Source: Fimbriosthenelais zetlandica (taxonomy: Eukaryota). From it: a DNA stretch of 64,000 nucleotides. Positions within the stretch are counted from its first letter, which is position 1, and each line of letters starts with the position of its first letter. Below, piece after piece: positions 25,602 through 36,900 of this stretch. The notes beneath the pieces are model-generated. The model saw only the letters and a list, made by a program, of their open reading frames with translations. It was not told where the DNA came from and searched no databases. The stretch lies in NCBI GenBank assembly GCA_977030845.1, contig OZ365110.1:40300001-40364000 (forward strand). Direction: 5' to 3'. The translations under genes and the position numbers were made by a program.

Positions 25602-28600
25602 TCGACTCACAATATAATTCCTATATAATTAGATCATTATAGGAATGTCTTATTTCTAAGCGAGCAATATATACCGACAGATTCATAAAACATACAAAAT
25701 AGAACTCATTAACAGCTTCAGCTACATTGTTAATAATTATGTACTTTGTCAGCTAGATAGATTACATACACATTGCGACAGTTCTTATGTCTTATGAGCC
25801 ACCCGAATGGAGTCAAAAATCACCAGAAGCAATCCAAACATTGGTAGAGGCAAAGATCATTATACTTTAATAATGGCCCGAAAGTAATTACATGGGAAAA
25901 TACTTAAGATTTGAGTCATACTATTTGTGGTATACGTAATATTTCTTATTACCACGCTCGGGTCAAGAAGGGAGGGGGAGTGAGGGTAGAAAGATGGCGT
26001 CATCTGTTGTTCACTCATGTGGAAATCTAAAAACAAAAGTGGTTCACGAGTTGTGATCCACCGAAAATTATTGTGAACAACATAAATTCACGCCCTTCTG
26101 ATCCCCAAATATACTTTCAAATTTCAGAAAAAAATCTCCAAACCTTCATTCTAATTGCAGAGGGGAAAAATGCAATTATAATTGTATACATTATTAATCT
26201 TTTACAGTACAATAGTGCATATCAGCAATTTATATTGTCTAGTGGGACCGAATGGAGGCATTGAGTTGGGACAGAGAGTAGAAATGGCAAGGTCAGAAGA
26301 CAGGGAACTATTCCATACATGTATACACTACAATTCAAAAGTTAGAAATATACAGAAATGAAAACACCTTTCTGGATAATAATATGCTATTCAGAATTCC
26401 ACAAAGAGAGGGAAATTAATACTCTAGCAATTACATGCAAAGGGTAGTGTAACAATGAAGTGTTTTTTTTTGTATTTTTCATTTGGAATGAAGTCACATT
26501 CTCACTTCTAGGTCCCTAACTTTGTGTGAGTAGTGTATCTGTCGAGTATATTAGAGAGCTCTGCTGCTACACTTCCTCCTCCTATACTCCAGTAGTAACA
26601 TGCTGCTGTGGCTATAGCATGGAATAGAGCGGGCATGACGAGTGGTGGTGGTGGACAAGCTGTGTTCAGTGCAGCATACTATGCAGGCAGACCATGCCTC
26701 TCATGCCATTGGGTCACGGTTCTGGCTCGCTGAATCCCTTAACACTTACTTCTGATAGAATTCAATGAATTCCTCAAAGACTTAGAAGATCCCAAGCAAT
26801 CTTACTTAATGCTTCAAGAAAGTAATAAAAAAAAGTTCAAAAAATATCTAATATGGATGGTAAATTCCCCGGTGTAAATTCCTCACAAGTTATCAATTTT
26901 AATGACAAATTTCGCCATGTATCTGGAACTTTTATTACCCTGATGTGCTGCAGTTCAGCTGTCCCAGTATTTTCCAGCTTAATTCAGCTAAGGAAATTGC
27001 ATATCCCATGCGATAATGATAGCAGCTAGCTATACTAATGATAGTTTTAAGGGAGGGAAAAGCATCACAAGAGTTTCGAGGAGTTATCAATTTGTGTATT
27101 GATTACTTTGCCTTTATTTTGGTGGCTAATCACAAAGGGTCATGGGTGGAGAGAGAGGAGATAGCATTTTCATTGCAGCCCAGTCAACATGGCCTTTCTG
27201 CCCCCGTTTCCCCATATGATCACAGGAGACTTTGGTAGCCGTGAACGAAGCACCCAATGCCTTGACCATTCTCGCGTTTTTACTTGACAAAGTCATCCAT
27301 CTGCACCCAGCAATCTCTTTTGCTGCACCCCTACCTCATCCCACCCCTTTTTTCTCCCCCGCCCCCCAAAACCCCCTTGAGCATCACGCCATGCTGTACA
27401 TTGGGAGCACAGTGTGTGTTACATCGCACGCACAGGTCAATCTGTGCGAACATGCGTGCGTGCGTACATGTATGATGATTCCTATCACCCCGCCCCGCAC
27501 CCATGTCCCGTTAAGGGATCATCCTGGAATTGCACTGGCTAACCCCCACACCCCAACCCCATTCCCACCCACTCTCACTCAACCTCCAGTTGGTTGGATT
27601 TGCAGCCCAATATAACAGGGGCGTGCCGTGCCATTTCATTGAGGAGACGCTCAAAATCGTCTGCTTTCAGGCAGTCTCCCCAGCCTGCCAAATAAAGGGC
27701 GCCTTTAACATGAGGATTAAGGCAATCAGAGGTTATGTACAAACGCCCCGATCCACAAAGGCAAACGCCGGGCGTGTAACACGTTTATACACCGGTCCTC
27801 TATTGATTTAAAAGGGTTTGTCCCCAGCTTGCCTAGCATGCCTGTAATTGGAAAAAGAGGAAATAGTCCGATTCAACATGAAAGGCATTCCTACTCTCTA
27901 TACCTCCAACGCTACAGATGGCTTGTGAGGAAGACTACCAATGTTAAATCGACATTTCCATTGGTACTTTAAATGTTCATGTAGGCTTCCATTAGGCTAT
28001 ATAGGCCGTCCCCTTGGATTTTCTCAGTTTTGAGTAGGCTTAATCACTCGTAGGGGGTGGGGGTGGGGATTCTGCATCCTCTCCCGGATCGGCCATCGAC
28101 TCTGGGAAATCATGGATTGTGAAATTTAAGCACTGGTCAAGACCAAATGAGAAGGATACCGTCCCAAGACTGGACATTAATTTGTCTCTGGTAAAAAAAC
28201 AAATTGGGAATCCCAGAGGAGATATTCTAATGACCATAGTGGACCGTGCCTGAGGGCATCTGACCCCGCGGGTCATGCTAGATCCGTGTGAGAGTGTGTC
28301 CAGGGATTAAACAAGTAGGGAATGAAAACCAGATGATGAGTCAAGATAGAAAAAAGACAGGGATGGACTCAGCAACATGGTCATAAGCAGAATACATGAA
28401 TTAAAGACACTCCCATACATTTTTTGGGATGGGATAATTGCCACTCCTGCACGATGAGTTGTTGGCTTGCCAAAAAAGCATCTGAAAATTCCTGAAGCCA
28501 AGGACCCCTTCGATTGGTCAATTGCTCGCTAACTTCCGGTTTGATTCACGGTTCGATCGCGTGGGCGACCAGTTTAAAGTTACAGATGGTAAATCTGTGA

Positions 28601-29127
28601 TATGATCACAGCACTGGTAAAGGACAATGGCAAGGAGAATGCTTGACGTTCAGATTTAAACTCAAAGTTCAGCCATGGTTTTGATACCATTTGGCATTAA
28701 ACTTGCTTTAAAATGTAACAAAGAAAATGAATGGTTCCCAGGGATGAATTTCTGTTAGAAATAAGGCAAGTTGTTCCAGGAAGATTGAAGGCTGAATCCA
28801 CCATAGCCAGAATAGAGGTGGTGTCCCATTACCTGGCCAGGCAGGCGGGGTGAAGGGCCAGTTGTGGGAATCAATTACTAGTCAATTATTGGCGATGAGA
28901 GAGTGGAGATGATCAGACGATCATGTTACTGAAGCCAGTCAGAGCCGAGATCAAACTAACATTAGCCTAAATACACCTGTCTCCCATTGACATCTCAACA
29001 GATGCACTGATGCAGTCTCAGAGAGTGCGAGACAAGAAACTTATTGACAAGAAACTTACTGACAAGACTCCAGATAAAGTACCAGCAATTCAGGAAATAC
29101 TTGGCCAAAAATGTAGATTAGTATTAA

Positions 29128-29300
29128 TTTTGCAGCCAGCAATTTTTCAGCTATCTCAGAACGAGGAAACATGATGTTGGCCTACAATGGTCTGCTCTTC
29201 TCAAAACACAGCAATGATTCTACTTCATGTCTCTCACATTAGAGTGGAAGACATGGTTGAACTTTTACATGCCTCTTACCAAACAGTTGGAGACATGGCT
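29128..29300 (-). mobile_element. Decayed SINE copy, copy C
   Basis: CAGCCAGCAATTTTTCAGCTATCTCAGAACGAGGAAAC...TCTGCTCTTCTCAAAACACAGCAATGATTCT...GTCTCTCA...GACATGGTTGAACTTTTA aligns with copies A and D. Confidence 0.65.
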
Positions 29301-30096
29301 CAGGCTAACCTTTGATATCCCAGTTAGCAGTACTGGGATGTGGCAGGGTATGGCAGAAATGACCTTCGAAAAGCCTAATAAAAATGCCTAACAACATGTC
29401 AAACCAAAACCAAAGCACAACCTGCGGAAATCGGAAGTCAACGTGGTGCACCACTTAAAACAACCACGCCTGTCTTTGGGTTCAGGAAAAGACAAAAGAC
29501 ATTTCCCCTTTGTTACGATGTAACAGTGAGGGAAGGTATGTTTCCCGAGGCTCCGGTGGTCTTCTTATACAGAAGGGGGGACCCGCCCGGCCCTCGGCAA
29601 AAGAGAAGGGGACATGAGCCACCTCCAGAGCGACAAGCCTTCAGGCTGCTTGTACATATATATACATCCAACTGTCGAGGTAGACAGACACACTCTAGCC
29701 GACCACATAAACCAAACCTTCTGTCATCTTATCCCAGGAGAGGGGAGACATGGGGGACACACCGCCAGCAGTGGTATAGGTAGGCCTAACTCCCATGGAG
29801 GGCGACAAGTCAACTGGGTGGATGTGTTGATGACTTTTTTTTCATTATGTCACCGGGAGGTCTCCAGGACAGCATCTTTTACGTTCTGAGCTCAGCTTGC
29901 AAAGCAAGATGGGGAATTCGGAGTCAGAAGGGGCGACCCCAGATATATATAATATTTATTGCCACTGTTGCCATGTCATTTATGGTATTTACGATCAAAT
30001 AACATAATAAAGTGATCATATACGTAGGCAAATAAGAATGTTCTATTCATATCCTAATAACAGACTCATGTGTTGCTTTTATTTGATGTTTGTATA

Positions 30097-30240
30097 TTTG
30101 TTTAACGTCCAGTCAGCAAGTAGTCAGGACGAGAAAGAAACACCATGTAGGCACACATATGGATACTCTGCTCGAAAGACAGCAATGGTTCTTTTATTTT
30201 ACACGTCTCTCAGAATAGTGGGAGACATGGTTGACCTTTA
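30097..30240 (-). mobile_element. Decayed SINE copy, copy D
   Basis: TTTGTTTAACGTCCAGTCAGCAA...CAGCAATGGTTCTTTT...GTCTCTCAG...GGAGACATGGTTGACCTTTA aligns with copies A and C. Confidence 0.65.
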
Positions 30241-33200
30241 ATCACTGCCTACAGGAGATGTAAATGCTAGAGAATAAGACATGGTAGTTATTTAAATCAG
30301 CCAATATAAATGAAGTTTGCTTGGATAAAGTGGATACTTTCTATGAGTTTTCGTCTCCCTATTTTCTCCTGTTAAACGTTCCTATAGTCTGTATACATCT
30401 CAAGCATATCCACAGACCTGACCATCTCCCCGAGTCATGACAAGCACCCTGTGTTTATGGATGACATGTTGCATGTAGTCAGTGACATGCTTTTAGCCTG
30501 GGCGTTTAAAAGTGTCTGTAATAGAGTGTTGGCAGTTAATTATAGGCCCGGATTCATTACATTCACTCCTCTTCTCGCTTATATAGCTGGGTGGGTAAGT
30601 AAGCATGGATCTACCCACTAACAGCTGTCAATGTGTCTATAATGTCAGACATTATATAGGCCTATACTTAATATACACCATATATAGCACCCCAATATCC
30701 GACCATCGAGACCCCCCTTAACCGACCATGTCTCATTTTCCTTCTTAATCTTATATTCAGAGAATTTCACTCTAGCATCAGTATTTCGGAATTATTTCCA
30801 TTATCCCATTCAAATCCTCGATATTACAGAATATTTTGACAATAAAAAACCCAACCAAATGATTCCCTGACAAATTAGAAACTTTCTCCAAACTCACTGA
30901 TAAATATGCCATCTTGTAGTTATAATCCAACAAATTACCATACATAGAATACATCTTTCCAGTCCGAAGTCATCTTCGTGAGAACAGAAAAAAATAGTCC
31001 AATCCAACGGTCGCCAGTGTTTATGTAGAGGCGGCAATGGTAGAAATCAGTTTGCGTGATAGAAATTGGTAATTACTGAAGGGACCACCACTAGGGCATA
31101 AAATGTGGATAATGTCCCGGACGTTTACGCCAGTGGTAAAATGTATCATGCTTGATGTTAGTTATGACTAAATCCCTCATTTCCCCCCTGGTCATAACTC
31201 ATGGGGACAAGGTGACAGTTGGACGTTTTATTCCCTCTGTGAATGCTCTGGGTGACCTTTTCTGGGTAAAGGTTTATTCCCGTATACCAGTACCTGCCGT
31301 GATTCTAAACGCAAATGTGAGAATCAATTTATGATTTATGTATTTGTTTCTTTGTGGATATTACACATTTCGGTACTATGGACTCAGATTAAAGCCCCTC
31401 TTCTCAAAGATATACAGACTGAATACATGCATACACATCATACGAAAGACCAAGTTGTATGGATCATACCCAACATCAAATGTATATAGTTGAAGGAGGA
31501 GATCTGGAGATCTGAGATCTTCTTAGACAAGTATTCCATTCCTACTTAGAAGGGAAGTCTCATGGGGGTGGGGGGAGAGAAGTGGGGGCGGAGATCTGAA
31601 TCCAGCCTCTTCGCTTGAGTGCGTGTCCCAGCAAGCCTTACAGGATCCAACCTTGACTTGGATCTGCACTGACTGACCTCCACAAGAACCCCCACCCTTA
31701 TACCCCCGCCCTTGCTACCCCTCACCCCACCCATACATACTGGTCTCCTTCGTCAGCATTACCTATTCCAGGCATGAAAGTCTTAACACGAACAAAGCTG
31801 ATTTTTCATTATGCTTACGACCAATGAACTTCTTGAGGCTTGTTAAAAATTAAGACATGTTTACTCAAGGAACTATGGAAAGGGCGGCGGCTTGGTGGGT
31901 GGTGGGGTGAACATGCTTCCTCCAGGGGCTACTGGAGATGCTCCATGGTGGAATGAAATGCATGTATATATACAATATCATGGCGGGGTACGACTGTATA
32001 GGCAGGCATTCACTTCATTATGGTCTAGACGAGGGTCTGCCTCTGTAATTACTGGTATATACCAATTAGGCATGAAGCTAATCACTAACTGTATTTCTCC
32101 ATGTAGATAATAAATCATGGTAGAGTTCTATATAGAACTACTTGGTGTGTACAGTGTGAAACTTCCTCAAGGCAGGTGATGGTGCGGGGGAAGTTGGTAG
32201 TTTTGGTTTCATCAATTTAGAATTTGGTGAAATCATTGGAAATCATTTAATAAATGATATTAGCAACAGATTGAGGATACTCCCCAAAGACCCAATATAG
32301 ACTAATCTTCTTAATCTGCTTTTATAAAATTATAATGTTCATTCCTACAGTTGTTCATTGACCGTTCAATTTCTGCTAGCTCAAATTCCTGTCCGCGGAC
32401 AATAGAATGAAACTTTGAATTTTCCAGCTGCAATACCGGCCACACTGTCCCACTCTCTATACCTCTGGTCACAGTCACATTTCAAATATAATCGCAGTTG
32501 GCAACGAGTCAAGACCACTCTTCATATGGCTCGCTACATCTGTCGCCTCACCCGCGACATCGCTGCGACAACAAATGTCCCATCGCTCTGACCGATATTA
32601 GGCCACATTTTTTCCTGTATCGACAAGAGAAAGTCTGCCTAGGAGACACTCACTTGGCAATGGGTGAATGAATCTTTCTCTCAAAGAAATGGGCGCGCAT
32701 GTCACAGAAAAAAGTGGAAATATGTCAAGGTAACCAACAAAAAGTTGTAATATATCTTGGAAGATTTCTCCATGTAACTTTCGAGACCATTCAGATGCAT
32801 ATTACACCATGGACTTAATTGGAAGAAATACATTTTAAGTAAACATTCAGATGGAAATTCTAGGAGAAACTTCTCCGTTGGATCGAGGTATAGAGTTTAC
32901 ATGCTTGAATCAGAGGCATGATGGCCGGTTACCTTTTCCGCGGGACTTCCATACAGGCGGAGAGGGAGGGGAGATGGCGTTTGTGCACTTTGGGGCCATG
33001 CAAGTTTTGTACCCCACAATGGACGGTGGTTAGAAGTAACGCAGCATGAGGCCATGGCCACCACTAAGCTTGGTACATGTACATACAGACATCGATATGT
33101 CCAGACCCAATATCCAATATGCGTTATATGGCATTTGGTAGTAAATATTTTACAATATATCAGACAAAATCATGAAATATATAAATGCATGCCATATATG

Positions 33201-35382
33201 GACCTTTTAAAGACAAGAAAACAAGATTTTGACTGAGTACATATCCAGCACAAAGTGGTATTAATAGTGTATTGGACTGGACGGTATGTGTATTATATAT
33301 TTGGTTTAATCCCGTTAATCAGGTCTCGGCAGAGCAAGTAGCATTTACCTGGACCCTGACTTAGGTCTCCCCGTTAGAGGCATTGAAAGAGCATTGACAG
33401 ACTTAAAATCCAATAGCGATTAATGCATGTTCCCAGGCCAACGTCCAAGTTAGTCTACTTACATATCAGAGCGCACAGCCAACTTATAATCCACTCAATA
33501 CAAACTCTTGTTTTTCTATTATAGCATCAAGATTAATTTAATCTTCTTCGGTAATTAGCAAATAAATAATCTGGGTGGATTTTTCTTGGCTTTAAAACTT
33601 TGAGGAGGTCGGGGGTAAGTTAGTTTGTGAAACTGAATATTATAAAACATCTGAGGATATACGCATCCACCTGTTCTTCATGCATCGTCGCCGATTAATT
33701 GATCGCGGGCGGTATATATTAACGGAAAAAAATATTTGTGGTACATGTAATTGGGAAAGGGCTTGCAACTGGTATATACCTGTTGAGCTAAAAGCCCCAG
33801 AGTGACATCTTATGAAAAGTTTCACTTGGCTTTAAATATTTTAGAGACTTTTTGGATAATCTAACTTGTGTGTGTTACCAAGATATAATATATCGCGGCA
33901 ATGTAGGGATATAAATTATATATTACTGACATTAAAGATACTAGTAAGAATTCAGATTAACCTATACCAGTTATATATCTTTTCTTTATTTTGGCTACAG
34001 ATTCATGCTGCCACATACACGGGCATGCACTGGCTTCCTTGAGCGCATTCAAAGCGCGCCAAGTATGCAAGGCAGGTTAAAGTGAGCCTGAATTGGAGGT
34101 GGGGGTGATTACTTGTGGTAGGGAGGGTGTTTTAGTGTCAGATCATCTATGGATTACCATCACTTGGCGAGGTGTTCATGGCTCAGGTGTTGGTAGTAGC
34201 TAACCCGGCGCCAAGATCATTGACTTTACAGGTAGCTACCAATAAAATGGCGCCTATATATATAGAGTTTCTCGACTCAATTCGCCAAGACCTAAGTGTA
34301 AAATAATGAATGAAATCTAATCGTTAATATATTAAGATTTCATATTAAAACTTAAAAGTGCAAGTATAGTTTTACTTATTCAAAAATATTCATTTGGACT
34401 CAATGTTGAATCTAAAGAAAGGCAGAAATCACATCATTCATCTCTTTTTCAATTCAAGTTAATATATTTGATCTTAAATATCAAATTGGGAAAATTCAGG
34501 TTTATATTTGCTACTTATATAAGGCAAAACACACCATGAGTCTGTTAGTGGCCCTTGCCCAAATATCAGTCTTTTATCCCATAGGAAGTATAGGATGTGC
34601 ATAATTTGGAAGCCCATCAGGTCAAGAGGTCCAAGTCGGCCACCTTGGCTGGCCACTAAGTGACTGGGAAGAAGTCCAACTGGACAACAATGAGCCCTGC
34701 GTTTAGTAGGGTAATTTCTTGTCATTGCGCCATGTAAAAGCGAGGACATCAGAGGAAACCATTGACTGAAAGGATCCCCCAGGGGTTATACCGCCGCCCA
34801 GGCCCAGCTCTCACCGGGCCTAGTCGCGGCTCGAGCCGGGAAGCTCAGCAGCCTTTTCTCGGTCCCATTCCCCTCACGTCCCCGGGAAGAGGTGAGGTCG
34901 GGACGCGCGGGGTGTGATGCTATCACACGGTACTAGGACGGGGTGAGGGCACCCCCATGTCCGCTACTACTCAGGGTCATTTATATACTACTGTGGGGCA
35001 CATTGTATGGCAACGCCTGAAACCCTAAACTCAAATAAAACTCTATTTGGTTAATAGGATTAATAACTTGATAAGTTAGTATACATAGAAGTTGCAGTAG
35101 CCCATTGATTACATGTATTGATCCCAGAAGTCTGTTTCCTTGCTAATGCAAGCAGTTCTTTCTCGTTGTGTTTTGTGTAATAATTTATAAGGGAAATGTC
35201 TCTCAATTCTTCAGATATGGATGTTTATATACACTATTGTCCGTGACATTTTAGAACCTGCATTTATATAGTTAGGAGAGCTGAGGAAACCTTGGAATAT
35301 TGGGAATGTGAATGGACATGATGAAATCAATGCTAAAAATTAAATTAAAATGTGTGTATCCAGATTTAGAGTTGATACTAAC

Positions 35383-35778
35383 CACACAACTGTATCCTTC
35401 AGCAGGCAGGTATGGCGCTGGCATGCCTGAAAGTCTCATGTCCATCATGCTGCCGTGAGGGTGGTGGTGGTGATGTTGGAACTCAGGGGGTGGATGTGGT
35501 GGTGGCCCGTGCGGATGGTGGTGGTGGTGGTGGGGATGTCCCAGACTGAAGGCCTGGTCAGCAGCGGAGGAGGTACTACTGGCCGGGGACAAATGTGGGG
35601 GCAGCGACGAGGCTGGCCCCAGGGGAGGGGGTGCCAACCCCAACCCCGGTCCCGCCGGGAAGTGGTGTGGAGGGGGCAGGGAAGAGTTGGGGTATGGGGA
35701 GTAGGGTGACGGGTGGGGGTAGGGCGTGTAGGGGTGTGGAGGAGGGGGATCCACCACCCGTGGATAATCGCCAATCCA
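35383..35778 (-). CDS. NFI: Candidate NFI 5' coding exon, His/Pro-rich, ending MMDMRLSGMPAPYLPAEGYSCV at a phase-0 donor
   Basis: The frame is open from 35805 with protein-like low-complexity content (PPPPHPYTPYPHP, HPHHHHHHPHG, mixed CAC/CAT codons). Donor GTG|gttagt at 35382 is in phase with DEFHPF. The 5' boundary is uncertain: a weak acceptor tctaatcag| at 35779, GTG at 35757/35754, or the first ATG at 35448. Confidence 0.55.
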
Positions 35779-36822
35779 CTGATTAGACGCAATTGTAGCG
35801 ATCCCTCACTGTGGCCACAAGGACGGCACTGCTGGAGAGGCCTGCCACCCCTCCACCCGCGCCCCTGGACCCTGGAGTTGGAAAATGATTGCTGATGGTC
35901 CCTTAACAATAGAGATACAACAGATCCTACAATGCTTGAACTGGTAGCACTCCTGTGTCCAATTTCACTCTTATCCTCCTCCTGCGCTTGGTCTTTCTCC
36001 TCCTGGGTGGTACTGATTTGGGGGATGGACTCACAACACTCACAACAATGGTACTCCGTGGTAAAACCCTCCAGTGAGTGGTGTGTGTCTAGCTTACCCA
36101 CCTCTCTGTCCTCCTCCAGGTGTTGTTGGTATTGTTGCTGTCCCCCGTCCTCCTGTGTTAGGACTTGCTGTACCACTGTAAGGCAGTAGTAGTAGTAGAG
36201 GAGGAGCACCAGTCCCCTCTCTTCCTCCTCCAGTGTCGCAGGATGAGCCCCCTCCACGTGCTTCTTGTTCCCACTAACTGTTACTACCACAATCATAACA
36301 CATTAGGTACTGCCGGGCGTCCAACTGCTTACTAGTATACGACAGCATTCGTCTGGTTTCCACAGGAGAAACGCGAGAGGAAAGTATAAGGGGGGATAGG
36401 AGGAGGAGGAAGTTGAATAAGAGAATATATATATACAAACTAAGTTGTACTGGGTACAGGCAGGAGTATGTATACTGCGGCGGATCAGCACATTGCAGTA
36501 TATTAAGCTGTTGTACAGGTCTCCACTTGCTGCTGGAAGTATAAGGATTTGGCTGGGAGTTCACACAAGTAAAGTATAGTCCCAGGTCGAGTAAGAACAC
36601 ATAGAGCTAACAGCACACATGTAGCGGTACCGTTGCTCCCTTCCTTTCCTGTACGACTACCACTGCCTGGTCGCCTATATGTGCCGTATGTATGGTATGG
36701 GTCTACTGAACACAGTCACTTCTCCCACAACACTAGGGATGCTGCTACTGCTGCCCCCTAGGCGGACGGCGCGGCAACTAGAGAGGTGGGAACTTGAGGT
36801 GTTGCCACCACACAACTCTTAC

Positions 36823-36900
36823 CATAGCTCCCAATGCGCTGGGCCGAATAACATGGGCCCCCTCTCTATACCACTCCTAGTCCTATAGGCTATACCACCA
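36823..36900 (-). CDS. NFI: Candidate alternative first exon ending in the initiator codon (GCT ATG|gtaaga); upstream boundary unknown and nominal
   Basis: ATG at 36825-36823 has G at -3 and is followed directly by donor GTAAGA. Splicing to 24211 would give MDEFHPF, an N-terminus known for vertebrate NFI isoforms. Confidence 0.35.

Larger units (their letters stand above)
3173..36823 (-). other. NFI: Minimum span of the NFI gene model (introns of about 10-11 kb); 3' exons probably lie left of the window
   Basis: The exons are collinear and phase-compatible. I did not find the post-DBD conserved motif (SGVF-type) or a C-terminal region between 1 and 3172. Confidence 0.7.

Noticed and set aside
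3173-35383. Similar intron lengths (about 11.2, 9.7 and 10.8 kb)
   Set aside because: Only three values and no mechanism; likely coincidence.
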